Of a stretch of DNA of 39,871 nt, positions 16,661-26,132 are shown in pieces. Made by a program: the position numbers and the translations under genes. Position 1 is the stretch's first letter; each line of letters starts with the position of its first letter. Location: contig JAXDLV010000224.1 in assembly GCA_034666445.1 (NCBI GenBank), positions 1 through 39,871 on the forward strand, in the 5' to 3' direction. The DNA is from Chloroflexota bacterium. GTDB taxonomy: Bacteria; Chloroflexota; Dormibacteria; DASZGP01. Below the pieces are notes generated by a model. That model ran no database searches and was not told the DNA's origin. It saw nothing but the letters and a program-made list of their open reading frames with translations.

Positions 16661-19600
16661 ATGAACACGATCACTGGACGTAGCCGCCATGCCGTCGCGC
16701 CCCGCCACGGGGCGACCCGGCGCGTGAAGCTGCTTGCCGTAACCGTGGTCCTCGCTGTCGCGGGGCTGGCCAATGGTGGCGTGGTGCCCGTGGTCTTTGC
16801 CGCGTGCAACAGCGAAGCCACCTGCAGCACCGTCACCGCCTCACCCAACCAGGTCCCGGCGAACAACACGACCACCTCCACGATCACCGTCTCGCTCAAG
16901 AACAACCTCGGCGTCCCGATCGTCGGCAACACCGTCACCCTGGCCAAGATCGCCGGCGTCGGGTCGCCCACCATCAGCCCTGCCTCCGGTCCTTCGAATG
17001 TCCTTGGTGTTGTGACCTTCACCGTCAAATCGGCCACCAATGGGACAGACACGTTCCAGGCCACCGACACGACGTCGGGGACGGTCATCGCACAGACCGC
17101 GGAGGTGACCTTCGGGCCGGTCAGTGACACCCACAGCACCGTGACGGCCAGCCCGAACCAGGTCCCGGCCGACGGCGCGACCGCATCGACGATCACCGTG
17201 ACCCTGAAGGACCAGAACGGGGTCGGCGTGGCGGGCAAGAGCGTGACCCTGGCGGCGATCTCCGGCTCGCCGACGCCGAGCATCAGCGGCCCGGCGACCA
17301 CCAATGGCAGCGGCGTCGCCACGTTCTTCGTGACCTGCACCGCCCCCGGGACCAGCACGTTCCAGGCCACTGACACCACCGACAGCCTGGTTGTCGTGCA
17401 GACGGCGCAGGTCACCTTTGGCCCCGTGAGTCAGACCCAGAGCACGGTCACGGCCAGCCCCGGGTCCGTAACCGCCGACGGCTCCACCGTTTCGACGATC
17501 ACCGTGACGCTGCGCGACCAGTCCGGTAACCCGGTGAGCGGCAAGACGGTCTCGCTGGCCAAGACCGCCGGCCCGGGATCTCCGACGATCAGCGCGGCCT
17601 CCGGGCCATCCGATGGAGGCGGCGTTGTGACGTTCACCGTCAAGTCCACCACCGTCGGCACAGACACGTTCCAGGCCACCGACACCGCCGACACGGTGAC
17701 CATCGACCAGACCGCCGACGTCAACTTCACCACCGGCCCGGTTAGTGCCGCTGACAGCACCGTGACGGCCAGTCCGACCAACGTCCCTGCCGACGGGACC
17801 ACGATCTCCACGATCACAGTCACGCTGCTTGACTCCCAGGGTCACCGGATCAGCGGTCGCACGGTCTCGGTCTCCAAGACCTCGGGGCCGGGCGCCCCGG
17901 TGATCAGCCCACCCTCGGCCGTGTCCGACGCCAACGGGGTGGCCACCTTCACGGTGAAATCCACGACCGTTGGGACGGACGTCTTCACCGCCACCGACAG
18001 CTCTGACGCCATCACGATTACCCAGACGGCCTCCGTCACGTTCGACACCGGTGCCGTCGACGCGGCGCACAGCACGGTCACCGCCAGCCCCAACCAGGTG
18101 GCCGCCGACAACACCGCGACCTCCACGATCACCGTCACTCTCAAGGACTCGCTGGACCATGCCGTCCCCGGCAAGACCGTCACCCTGGCCCAGGTCGCCG
18201 GGGTCGGCGCGCCCACGATCAGCGCCGCCTCCGGTCCCTCGGACGCGAACGGTGTCGTCACCTTCACAGTGAAGTCGGCGACCACCGGGACGGACACCTT
18301 CCAGGCGACCGACACCAGCGACGCCGTCACCATCACCCAGACGGCGGAGGTGACGTTCGGGCCGGTCAGCGACACCCACAGCACGCTGTCCGCCACCCCG
18401 GGCACGGTGCCCGCGGACGGCGCCACACCGTCCACCGTGACGGTAACCTTGAAGGACGCCAACGGCGCTGGGGTTGCGAGTAAGACCGTTTCGCTGGCGA
18501 AGACCGCCGGCCCCGGGACGCCGAACATCAGCGCCCCCTGCGTCACCAATGGCAGCGGTCAGTGCACCTTCAGCGTCACCTCCTTCAACGCCGGTACGGA
18601 CACATTCACCGCCACCGATACCACTGACAACCTGGTGGTGACCCAGACGGCCAACGTCACGTTCACAGCGGGTGGCGTCAATGCGGCTCACAGCGACGTG
18701 TCGGCCAGCCCGACATCGGTACCCGCTGACGGCTCAACCACGTCCACCATCACGGTCACTCTCAAGGACGTTCACGACAACCCGGTCAGCGGGAAGACGG
18801 TCACCCTCTCCAAGACCGCGGGCCCGGGGAGCCCGACGATAAGCGCCGCGTCGGGCCCATCCGACTCGAACGGGCAGGTGACCTTCACGGTCAAGTCCAC
18901 CACCCTGGGCAACGACACATTCCAGGCCACCGACACGACCGACAGCGTGATCGTCACCGACACGGCCGACGTGACATTCACCGCCGGTCCGGCTGACGCA
19001 GGCATGAGCACCGTTTCGGCCAGCCCGACGTCCGTGGTGGCCGACGGGACCACCACCTCCACGATCACCGTGACCCTCAAGGACGCCAACGGGAACCTGG
19101 TGAGCGGCAAGACGGTGACCCTGGCGAAGAGCGCTGGTCCCGGCACGCCAACCATCAGCTCGGCCTCCGGGCCGTCTGACGTCAACGGCGTGGTCACGTT
19201 CACTGTGAAATCGACGACCGCCGGCATCGACACGTTCCAGGCCACAGACACCACGGACAGCGTGACCATCACCCAGACGGCCAACGTCACCTTCACCGCC
19301 GGCGCGGTGAACGCGGCCAACAGCACGGTCAGCGCCAGCCCGACCAGCGTCCCGGCGGACGGGACCACCACCTCGACGATCACCGTCACGCTGAAGGACG
19401 CCAACAGCAACCCCGTCAGCGGGAAGGCGGTGACCCTCGCCAAGACCTCCGGCCCGGGCTCGCCGACCATCACGGGGCCGAGCCCGACGCTGACTGACGC
19501 CAACGGCCAGGTCACCTTCCTGGTACGGTCGTCGACCCCGGGAATGGACACCTTCCAGGCCACCGACACCACCGACAGCGTCGTGGTCACCCAGACCGCC

Positions 19601-20947
19601 CAGGTGACCTTCACCGTCTTCAGCCCGCCCCTGCCGAACTCGGCCGGCTCGCGCTCGACGCAGCAGTACCAGCTGCCGAATAGTGATGGAGCGACCTGGC
19701 AGGAGATCGACCAGGCCCTCCGCGTGGTCCGCGCCCCCGCCCAGGCCCGCGCCGTGCTCCTGACGGCCAACGCCGACCTCTGGACGGCGACGGCTGGGTA
19801 CAACCAGGACCTGGGCATCTTCGTTTCCGACAACGGTGGCGGCGACTCGCTGCTCGCGTGGAAGGAGAGCGGCGGTTTCGCGGGCACTTTCTCGCCGAAC
19901 GCCGCGTACGCGCAGGTGCTCTACAACATGGCCGCCGGCCACACGTACACCTTCAAGCTGAAGTGGAAGACGAACAAGCCGGCCAGTGGGGCGGTCATCT
20001 ACGCCGGAGCGGGTCCCATCAGCGGGCAGTACTCGCCGACCTCGCTGATCGCCAAGGTCTACCAGCCGGGCGCCGCGCCTGTGTTCAGGTCGCGGACGCA
20101 GCAGTTCTCCCTGTCGGATTCCAACGGCACCACCTGGCAGACGATCGACGGGACCAACCTGGCCACCACCGTGTCGCCTGCCTTCACCTCCGTCGCTGTC
20201 GTTGGCGGTAATGCCGACCTCTGGACCTCCAGCACCGGGGTCAACCAGGACCTCGCGATCCTGGTCAAGGTAGACGGTGGTGCGGACCAGCTGCTTGCCT
20301 GGAAGGAGAGCGGGGGGTTTGGCGGGACGTTCTCGCCCAACGCCGCCTTCGTCAAGGCGAGGCTGCCGATGACCGCGGGTCACAGCTACGCCTTCCGGCT
20401 GGCCTGGAAGTCGAATAACAACACCTCGGGCACCGGCAAGACCATCTTCGCCGGCGCCGGACCCATCTCGGGTCAGTACTCGCCCACCAGCCTGCTGGTG
20501 GAGACCCAGGCAGCCTCGGAGGCCGCGGCGTCCGCGCTCTCCAACAGCCAGTACCAGCTGACCGGTTCCAACGGGTCAACCTGGCAGCTGATGGACCCGG
20601 CGCTGAACGTGACGCTCTCGCCGGCTGACAGCGGCCAGGCGATCCTGGGTGCAAACGCCGACCTCTGGACGACGGTGTCGGGCTACAACCAGGACATCGC
20701 GATCTTCGTCTCCGACAACAGTGGCGCCGACCAGCTGCTTGCCTGGAAGGAGAGTGGCGGGTCGGCGGGCACGTTCTCGCCCAACGCCGCCTACGTCCAG
20801 GACCTGTTCACCGTCACCGCGGGGCACACGTACGTCTTCAAGCTGAAATGGAAGACGAACCGCAATGCGCCCGGGGTGACCATCGTCGCCGGCGCGGGCT
20901 CCGCGCCCTTCTCCCCGACGAGGCTAATCGCCGAGACCACCCTGTAG
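16661..20947 (+). CDS. Large secreted adhesin-like protein: nine invasin/Big_1-type Ig repeats and three C-terminal WKESGG repeats
   Basis: N-terminal hydrophobic signal. Nine ~103-aa units STVxASP.xVPADG..xSTITVTLKD..GN.VSGKTVTL..D.NG.VTFTV.S...G.DTFQATDT..QTA.VTF, matching the Big_1 pattern. Three terminal repeats are shared with the divergent neighbour. Confidence 0.88.
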   Translation: MNTITGRSRHAVAPRHGATRRVKLLAVTVVLAVAGLANGGVVPVVFAACNSEATCSTVTASPNQVPANNTTTSTITVSLKNNLGVPIVGNTVTLAKIAGVGSPTISPASGPSNVLGVVTFTVKSATNGTDTFQATDTTSGTVIAQTAEVTFGPVSDTHSTVTASPNQVPADGATASTITVTLKDQNGVGVAGKSVTLAAISGSPTPSISGPATTNGSGVATFFVTCTAPGTSTFQATDTTDSLVVVQTAQVTFGPVSQTQSTVTASPGSVTADGSTVSTITVTLRDQSGNPVSGKTVSLAKTAGPGSPTISAASGPSDGGGVVTFTVKSTTVGTDTFQATDTADTVTIDQTADVNFTTGPVSAADSTVTASPTNVPADGTTISTITVTLLDSQGHRISGRTVSVSKTSGPGAPVISPPSAVSDANGVATFTVKSTTVGTDVFTATDSSDAITITQTASVTFDTGAVDAAHSTVTASPNQVAADNTATSTITVTLKDSLDHAVPGKTVTLAQVAGVGAPTISAASGPSDANGVVTFTVKSATTGTDTFQATDTSDAVTITQTAEVTFGPVSDTHSTLSATPGTVPADGATPSTVTVTLKDANGAGVASKTVSLAKTAGPGTPNISAPCVTNGSGQCTFSVTSFNAGTDTFTATDTTDNLVVTQTANVTFTAGGVNAAHSDVSASPTSVPADGSTTSTITVTLKDVHDNPVSGKTVTLSKTAGPGSPTISAASGPSDSNGQVTFTVKSTTLGNDTFQATDTTDSVIVTDTADVTFTAGPADAGMSTVSASPTSVVADGTTTSTITVTLKDANGNLVSGKTVTLAKSAGPGTPTISSASGPSDVNGVVTFTVKSTTAGIDTFQATDTTDSVTITQTANVTFTAGAVNAANSTVSASPTSVPADGTTTSTITVTLKDANSNPVSGKAVTLAKTSGPGSPTITGPSPTLTDANGQVTFLVRSSTPGMDTFQATDTTDSVVVTQTAQVTFTVFSPPLPNSAGSRSTQQYQLPNSDGATWQEIDQALRVVRAPAQARAVLLTANADLWTATAGYNQDLGIFVSDNGGGDSLLAWKESGGFAGTFSPNAAYAQVLYNMAAGHTYTFKLKWKTNKPASGAVIYAGAGPISGQYSPTSLIAKVYQPGAAPVFRSRTQQFSLSDSNGTTWQTIDGTNLATTVSPAFTSVAVVGGNADLWTSSTGVNQDLAILVKVDGGADQLLAWKESGGFGGTFSPNAAFVKARLPMTAGHSYAFRLAWKSNNNTSGTGKTIFAGAGPISGQYSPTSLLVETQAASEAAASALSNSQYQLTGSNGSTWQLMDPALNVTLSPADSGQAILGANADLWTTVSGYNQDIAIFVSDNSGADQLLAWKESGGSAGTFSPNAAYVQDLFTVTAGHTYVFKLKWKTNRNAPGVTIVAGAGSAPFSPTRLIAETTL
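16820..19620 (+). repeat. Nine tandem Big_1-like Ig domains (~310-bp period)
   Basis: Nine STV(T/S)ASP-type unit starts counted. DNA repeats such as 'ttccaggccaccgacac' and 'acgatcaccgt' recur. Confidence 0.88.
19650..20944 (+). repeat. Three ~140-aa WKESGG repeats
   Basis: AWKESGG(F/S)(A/G)GTFSPNAA occurs three times, each with flanking NADLWT, NQD and (K/A)WK motifs. Confidence 0.9.
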
Positions 20948-20952
20948 CCGTC

Positions 20953-20978
20953 GGGCCCGGCCCTAACCGGCCGGGCCC
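20953..20978 (+). terminator. Perfect 10-bp GC hairpin after the Ig-repeat gene
   Basis: GGGCCCGGCC-ctaacc-GGCCGGGCCC starts 5 nt after the stop. No U-tract follows. Confidence 0.55.
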
Positions 20979-20979
20979 C

Positions 20980-21068
20980 TATAATCGGCCCAACATTTAG
21001 CCCCGGGCAGGAGCGAGCGGACAGCACAACGGCTGCGCCGTGGTCGCCGGCGGGGAGGAGGAAACCGC
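20980..21068 (+). promoter_or_regulatory. metK promoter (-10 TATAAT) and structured ~75-nt leader with strong SD
   Basis: TATAAT at 20980-20985. The leader can pair CCCCG (21001-21005) with CGGGG (21051-21055), next to AGGAGG, enclosing a multi-segment hairpin. Confidence 0.55.
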
Positions 21069-22268
21069 ATGACGCACGCGCGTCTCTTCACGTCGGAGTC
21101 CGTCACCGAGGGGCATCCCGACAAGCTCGCCGACCAGATCTCGGACGCAATCCTCGACGACATCCTGTCCAAGGATCCCCTCGGTCGGGTCGCCTGCGAG
21201 ACGGTGCTCAGTACCGGTCTCGCGGTGGTCGTCGGGGAGATCACCACCGACACCTACGTCGACATGGCCAAGGTGGCCCGCAACACGATCCGCGAGGCGG
21301 GCTACACCCGCGCCAAGTACGGCATCGACTGGGAGACCTGCGGCGTCCTCGTCAGCGTCGACGAGCAGTCGCCCGACATCGCCCAGGGTGTCAACACCGG
21401 CGGCGCCGGCGACCAGGGGATGATGTTCGGCTTCGCATGCGACGAGACCCCGGAGCTGATGCCTGCGCCGATCCAGTACGCCCACAACCTCACACGGCGG
21501 CTGGCCGCGGCGCGCAAGGACCACACCCTCAAGTGGCTCCGCCCCGACGGCAAGAGCCAGGTGACGGTGGAGTACGAGGGCAACAGGGTCAAGCGCATCC
21601 ACACCGTGGTCGTCAGCTGTCAGCACTCCGAGGAGGTGGACAGCAAGCAGGTGGCCGACGACGTCCGCGAGGTCATCGTCGAGGAGGCGATCCCGGGGAA
21701 GCTGATCGACAAGGACACGATCTTCCACATCAACCCGACCGGCCGCTTCGTCCTCGGCGGGCCCCAGGCGGACGCCGGCCTGACCGGGCGCAAGATCATC
21801 GTCGACACGTACGGCGGGTACGCCCGTCACGGCGGTGGTGCGTTCAGCGGCAAGGACCCGAGCAAGGTTGACCGCTCCGCGGCGTACGCCGCGCGCTGGG
21901 TGGCCAAGAACATCGTGGCCGCGGGGCTGGCGCACCGCTGCGAGGTCCAGCTGGCCTACGCCATCGGCGTGGTCAAGCCGGTTTCCGTGCGGATCGACAC
22001 GTACGGCACCGAGACGGTCGACGTGGAGAAGATCCACGACCTGGTCGATCACCACTTCGACCTCTCGCCGTTCGGGATCATGAAGGACCTCGACCTGCGC
22101 CGCCCGATCTTCAAGCAGACGGCCGCCTACGGCCACTTCGGCCGCAGCGACCTCGACCTTCCCTGGGAGCGCACCGACCGCGCCGAGGCGCTGGCCGCCG
22201 ACGCGGGTGTGAAGGTCCCGGAGCGGCAGCTCCAGCCGGCGGGCGCCGACGGGGCCGGCGCTGGCTGA
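21069..22268 (+). CDS. metK: S-adenosylmethionine synthetase
   Basis: Motifs [71 protein letters not shown] and TAAYGHFGR. Confidence 0.98.
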   Translation: MTHARLFTSESVTEGHPDKLADQISDAILDDILSKDPLGRVACETVLSTGLAVVVGEITTDTYVDMAKVARNTIREAGYTRAKYGIDWETCGVLVSVDEQSPDIAQGVNTGGAGDQGMMFGFACDETPELMPAPIQYAHNLTRRLAAARKDHTLKWLRPDGKSQVTVEYEGNRVKRIHTVVVSCQHSEEVDSKQVADDVREVIVEEAIPGKLIDKDTIFHINPTGRFVLGGPQADAGLTGRKIIVDTYGGYARHGGGAFSGKDPSKVDRSAAYAARWVAKNIVAAGLAHRCEVQLAYAIGVVKPVSVRIDTYGTETVDVEKIHDLVDHHFDLSPFGIMKDLDLRRPIFKQTAAYGHFGRSDLDLPWERTDRAEALAADAGVKVPERQLQPAGADGAGAG

Positions 22269-22290
22269 CACCTCACCGCCGCGGGCGGCG

Positions 22291-23340
22291 GTGATCCTCG
22301 CGGGAGGAGCGGGAACGCGGCTGTGGCCGCTGTCCCGGTCTGCCACGCCCAAGCACCTGCTGCGGCTGCTGGGCGACCGCACCCTGCTGCGCGCCACCTA
22401 CGAGCGTGCCCGCGAGGTTGCCGACCGCGTGCTGGTGGTCACCGAGGCATCCCAGCTGGAGGCCGCCCGCGCCGACCTGCCCGAGCTGGCCGGTGACGAC
22501 TGGATTGTCGAGCCCGGCCGCCGCGGCACCGCGGCCTGCCTGGCGCTGGCCGCCGCGGCGCTGCCGCCTGAGGGCGTGATGGCCTCGCTCCATGCCGACC
22601 ACCTCATCCCCGACGCGGCGGCGTTCCAGGAGACGCTGGACGCCGCGATGACCTGGGCGGCCGAGACCGGCTCCCTGGTGACGCTGGGGATCACGCCGCG
22701 CTCCCCGTCCACCGGCTTCGGCTACATCCACGTGGGCGAGACGCTGAGCGCGCCGGGGCGCGCCGATGCCCGGCGTGCCCTCGGCTTTGTCGAGAAGCCG
22801 CCGCGCGAGGAGGCCGAGCGGATGGTCGCCGGCGGGGACCACCTCTGGAACAGCGGCATCTTCAGCTGGCGCAACAGCGTCTTCCTGGCTGAGATGGCCC
22901 GCCACGCCCCGGAGATCGCCGAAGGCGCCGGTGCGGCCGCCCGGGCGCGCGACGGCGGCGACGACGAGGCCTACGCGCGTTCCTACCTGGCCCTACCCGA
23001 GATGGCGGTCGACCACGCGGTGATGGAGCACACCACCGACCTGCTCGCGGTGCCCGCGGACTTCGCGTGGAGCGACGTTGGCAGCTGGGCCGACCTCAGT
23101 GACGTAATGGAGGCCGACGCCGACGGCAACGCCGTTCGAGGCGACTCGCTCCTGCTGGACAGCCGCGACAACATCGTCTACTCGTCGGCGGCCGGCCGGC
23201 TGATCGCCATGGCGGGGGTGGACGGCATGGTCGTGGTGGATACCCCCGACGCGCTCCTCATCCTCCCCCGTGAGCGGGCGCAGGACGTGAAGCGCCTGGT
23301 CGCGGAGCTTCGCGACCAGGGCCGCGAGGACCTGCTCTAG
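22291..23340 (+). CDS. manC: Mannose-1-phosphate guanylyltransferase (no fused C-terminal PMI cupin)
   Basis: Motifs ILAGGAGTRLWPLSR..PK, EPGRRGTA, ADH, TGFGYI, FVEKP, WNSGIF and WSDVGSW. The start could lie a few codons upstream. Confidence 0.9.
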   Translation: MILAGGAGTRLWPLSRSATPKHLLRLLGDRTLLRATYERAREVADRVLVVTEASQLEAARADLPELAGDDWIVEPGRRGTAACLALAAAALPPEGVMASLHADHLIPDAAAFQETLDAAMTWAAETGSLVTLGITPRSPSTGFGYIHVGETLSAPGRADARRALGFVEKPPREEAERMVAGGDHLWNSGIFSWRNSVFLAEMARHAPEIAEGAGAAARARDGGDDEAYARSYLALPEMAVDHAVMEHTTDLLAVPADFAWSDVGSWADLSDVMEADADGNAVRGDSLLLDSRDNIVYSSAAGRLIAMAGVDGMVVVDTPDALLILPRERAQDVKRLVAELRDQGREDLL

Positions 23341-25151
23341 GGCCTTCGCGCTCCCCGGCGACGCGGTCGCGTCGCCAGCAGCCCGCCCCCGACAGCGCAC
23401 GCGAGCGCGAGCGCCAGCAGCCCGGGGGCGCGGCCGTCACCGGTGGCGGTGTTGGGGATCTGGACCGGCGCCGCGGAGGCCGACGGCGATGGGCTCGGCG
23501 AGGGCGCGGCCACGGTCGCATTGCCCAGCACCGCTACCCATGTGCGCTGGTGCAGGTGGGTCAGGCACGCGGGCGTGGCCACCTCGCAGCTGCCGCCGTT
23601 GCCGACGTACACGTCGTCTCCGCTGCTGTAGACCAGCCCGGGGTCCTCGCCGGGGACGAGCGGGTGCGACTGGTCGCGGGTGATGTAGACCAGCGGGCCG
23701 CTGACGGCTATCTGGCTGTAGTCGCCCTGGAACAGCCCGTTGCGGCTGAAGGCGCCGTAGTAGAAGTCGTTGAGCGTCGTGTTCACCTTGAGCGGGGCGG
23801 TGAACGACTGGCCGCCGTCGGTCGACTGCTGGTAGTAGGTGTCGATGTAGCGGCTGAAGGTGGAGCCGTCGCCGGCCTGGTTGGCGTCCTCCACGTGGGC
23901 TATCTCCAGCGCCAGGAGGACGCCGTCGGCCGCCGCCACCATGGCGTTGTAGCGGTCGACGTAGTCGTCGGTGGGGGCCTCCGAGTTGACCCGCACAACC
24001 GGCCCCCAGGTCAGGCCGTCGGTGGTCGAGCTGGTCACCACGATGTCGTTGATGCTGGATGCGTCACCCGTGCGGAAGCGGAAGTCGTCCCAGGCGATGT
24101 AGACGATGCCGGTGGAGGAGTCGACGGTGGCGGCCAGCAGTCCCCCCGAGGAGCGCTGGTAGCGCTGGCCGTTGGCCTGGCTGGAGGCCACCGTGATGGC
24201 GGTCTGGGTGAAGGTCAGCGGCGCGGGCCACACCACCGCGCCCGCGGCGGGCGCCAGCGCCCAGAGCACCCCGCCACCGAGCGCGATGTCCGGCTGGTCG
24301 CCCGGCACGGCAACCGGGGCGGCTCCGCTGCTGTCATACGCCACGCCGAGGCTGCCGTCGTTCAGCACCACCGGGTAGGAGCCGATCCCGGTCAGGCCGA
24401 AGATGGGCAGGAAGTTGGGTAGCCAGTTGGCCTTCACGTCGCAGTCGGCATCGCAGTAGTTGTAGACGACGGGCACGACCAGGTCCCACACGGCGTACAC
24501 GCGGCCCTTGTGGTGGCCGGTGCCCTCTCCCATGTCGACGACGATCCAGTTCTTGTCATTGAGGCCGTCGAGGAAGTCGTCCTGGAAGAACACCGGGGGC
24601 CCCCAGGTGGCGCCGCCGTCCTTTGAGACGTTCATGACGATGCTGCTGCGCGTGGTGTCGGTCTCGTCGTCGAAGGTAAGGGAGTTGGCATAGACGAGGT
24701 TGCCCGGCCCGAACGCAACCACCGCGTCCGAGGCGCGGTCGCAGGGGTTGCCGCCGCAGCCGGTGGTCCCGCCCGTGGTGTAGGTCAGCCCGGGCAGCTC
24801 TCCGTACTGCCACGTGTCGCCGCCGTCGAACGTGGTGGCGTAGCCGTTGGTCATGTCACCACCGCCCGACACCCTGCCCTCCTGGTAGACCGTCACGGCG
24901 TTGAGCGGGTTCTCGGGGTTCACCGCGATCGACGGCTCGATCTGGGTGTCGGGCTGGATCACCTCGGGATGGGCCTGGTCCGGCTCGGGTGGGGTCAGCG
25001 CGAAATGGCCAGTCTCGCGGTCGCGCAGGACCGATGGCCCGCCCGGGGCGTAGGCCGCCCGCCCGGTCATCGAGTACTGGGCGAGCAGCACCGCCGTCGC
25101 CACCAGGACCACAGCCCCCAACCTCGACAGACGCACCATCCGCACGATCAT
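23337..25151 (-). CDS. Secreted Asp-box (BNR/sialidase-like) beta-propeller protein with LPxTG-like C-terminal sorting signal
   Basis: SD-like GGGGAGAG before ATG 25151 and a signal peptide. EPSIAVNP, Asp-boxes TFDGGDTW, SKDGGATW, TTDGLTW and STDGGQSF, and GDYS. Ends in a Ser/Pro linker, IPNTA, a hydrophobic stretch and RPRRRGARRP. Confidence 0.8.
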   Translation of the reverse strand: MIVRMVRLSRLGAVVLVATAVLLAQYSMTGRAAYAPGGPSVLRDRETGHFALTPPEPDQAHPEVIQPDTQIEPSIAVNPENPLNAVTVYQEGRVSGGGDMTNGYATTFDGGDTWQYGELPGLTYTTGGTTGCGGNPCDRASDAVVAFGPGNLVYANSLTFDDETDTTRSSIVMNVSKDGGATWGPPVFFQDDFLDGLNDKNWIVVDMGEGTGHHKGRVYAVWDLVVPVVYNYCDADCDVKANWLPNFLPIFGLTGIGSYPVVLNDGSLGVAYDSSGAAPVAVPGDQPDIALGGGVLWALAPAAGAVVWPAPLTFTQTAITVASSQANGQRYQRSSGGLLAATVDSSTGIVYIAWDDFRFRTGDASSINDIVVTSSTTDGLTWGPVVRVNSEAPTDDYVDRYNAMVAAADGVLLALEIAHVEDANQAGDGSTFSRYIDTYYQQSTDGGQSFTAPLKVNTTLNDFYYGAFSRNGLFQGDYSQIAVSGPLVYITRDQSHPLVPGEDPGLVYSSGDDVYVGNGGSCEVATPACLTHLHQRTWVAVLGNATVAAPSPSPSPSASAAPVQIPNTATGDGRAPGLLALALACAVGGGLLATRPRRRGARRP

Positions 25152-25258
25152 CACGCTCTCCCCTAGGGCTGCCGCCCTCACCATTATCCGTCGTTGGCTA
25201 CAATCAGCCCGCAACGCAAAGTCGGGCCGGGCGCGGCGCCCGCCTCAGGAGGGGTACC

Positions 25259-26107
25259 TTGAAGCTCAGAACAGCATTGGCCCTCGCGGCGTCCGTCTTC
25301 CTGGCGGCGTGCGGCAGCAGCAGCGGCACCAGCGGGCCTCCGCCCGCCGCCACCGTGAGCCCGCCCCCGGACAGCGAGCTCGTGACTCCAGGGACACTAA
25401 CGATGGGCTCGGACATGTCCTACGCGCCCCAGGAGTTCTTCGATCCGCCAGGGTCGCAGACCGCGGCTGGTTTCGATATCGACGTGGCGAAGGCCATGGC
25501 TGACAAGATGGGGCTCAAGTTCACCGCGGTGAACCAGGGCTTCGATGGCCTGATCCCTGCGCTCGACACCAAGAAATTCGACATCATCATGTCCGCCCTC
25601 ACGGTGAAGCCCGATCGACAGGCCAAAATCGACATGGTTCCCTACTTCGTCGGGGGGCAATCCTTCGTCGTCAAGAAGGCAGGAAGCTTCAAGCCCGCCA
25701 AGCTCGAGGACCTGTGCGGGCACAAGGTCGCCGTGCAGAACGGCACGACCGAGCTGGACACCGTGAACGACGACCTCAATGCGGCCGGCAAGCCGTGTGC
25801 CTCGAACAAGGTCGACATCCAAAGCTTCCCCACCGATACCGAGGCGCTGGCCCAGCTCAAGAAGGACGCGGTTGAGGTCCACTACACGGACTCCCCAGTC
25901 GCCTCGTATGAGGCGAGTAAGGACAGCAGCGTTGTCGTCAGCACCAGCGCGCCCTTCGCGGTAGCCCCCGAGGGTATAGGACTGCGCAAGAGCAGCCCGA
26001 TCCTCGACCCGATCAAGAAGGCCTTTCAGGCAATCCGCGACGACGGTACCTACAAGAAGCTGCTGGACAAGTGGAGCCTGGCAGACGGAGACATCAGCAA
26101 GGCGTAA
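25259..26107 (+). CDS. Polar amino-acid ABC transporter substrate-binding lipoprotein
   Basis: AGGAGG before TTG 25259 and lipobox FLAAC. Motifs YAPQEF, GFDIDVA, FDGLIPAL..KKFDII and DGTYKKLLDKW. TACAAT at 25199-25204 is a candidate -10. Confidence 0.9.
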   Translation: MKLRTALALAASVFLAACGSSSGTSGPPPAATVSPPPDSELVTPGTLTMGSDMSYAPQEFFDPPGSQTAAGFDIDVAKAMADKMGLKFTAVNQGFDGLIPALDTKKFDIIMSALTVKPDRQAKIDMVPYFVGGQSFVVKKAGSFKPAKLEDLCGHKVAVQNGTTELDTVNDDLNAAGKPCASNKVDIQSFPTDTEALAQLKKDAVEVHYTDSPVASYEASKDSSVVVSTSAPFAVAPEGIGLRKSSPILDPIKKAFQAIRDDGTYKKLLDKWSLADGDISKA

Positions 26108-26132
26108 TCGACCATGAGAGCCTGACGGGCCG

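Noticed and set aside
16498-20383. Several long minus-strand ORFs over the Ig-repeat gene
   Set aside because: Val/Thr-rich antisense mirrors of the repetitive sense gene.
13225-20944. Diversity-generating retroelement TR/VR pair among the C-terminal repeats
   Set aside because: All copies are in-frame coding domains differing mostly at synonymous and non-adenine-specific sites. No reverse transcriptase is present in the window.
24989-25258. N-terminal extensions given by the ORF track (also 9153, 28696, 29929, 33133, 36260, 2975, 25214)
   Set aside because: They overlap neighbouring genes or promoters. Downstream starts with SD, lipobox, stop-start coupling or -10 support fit better.
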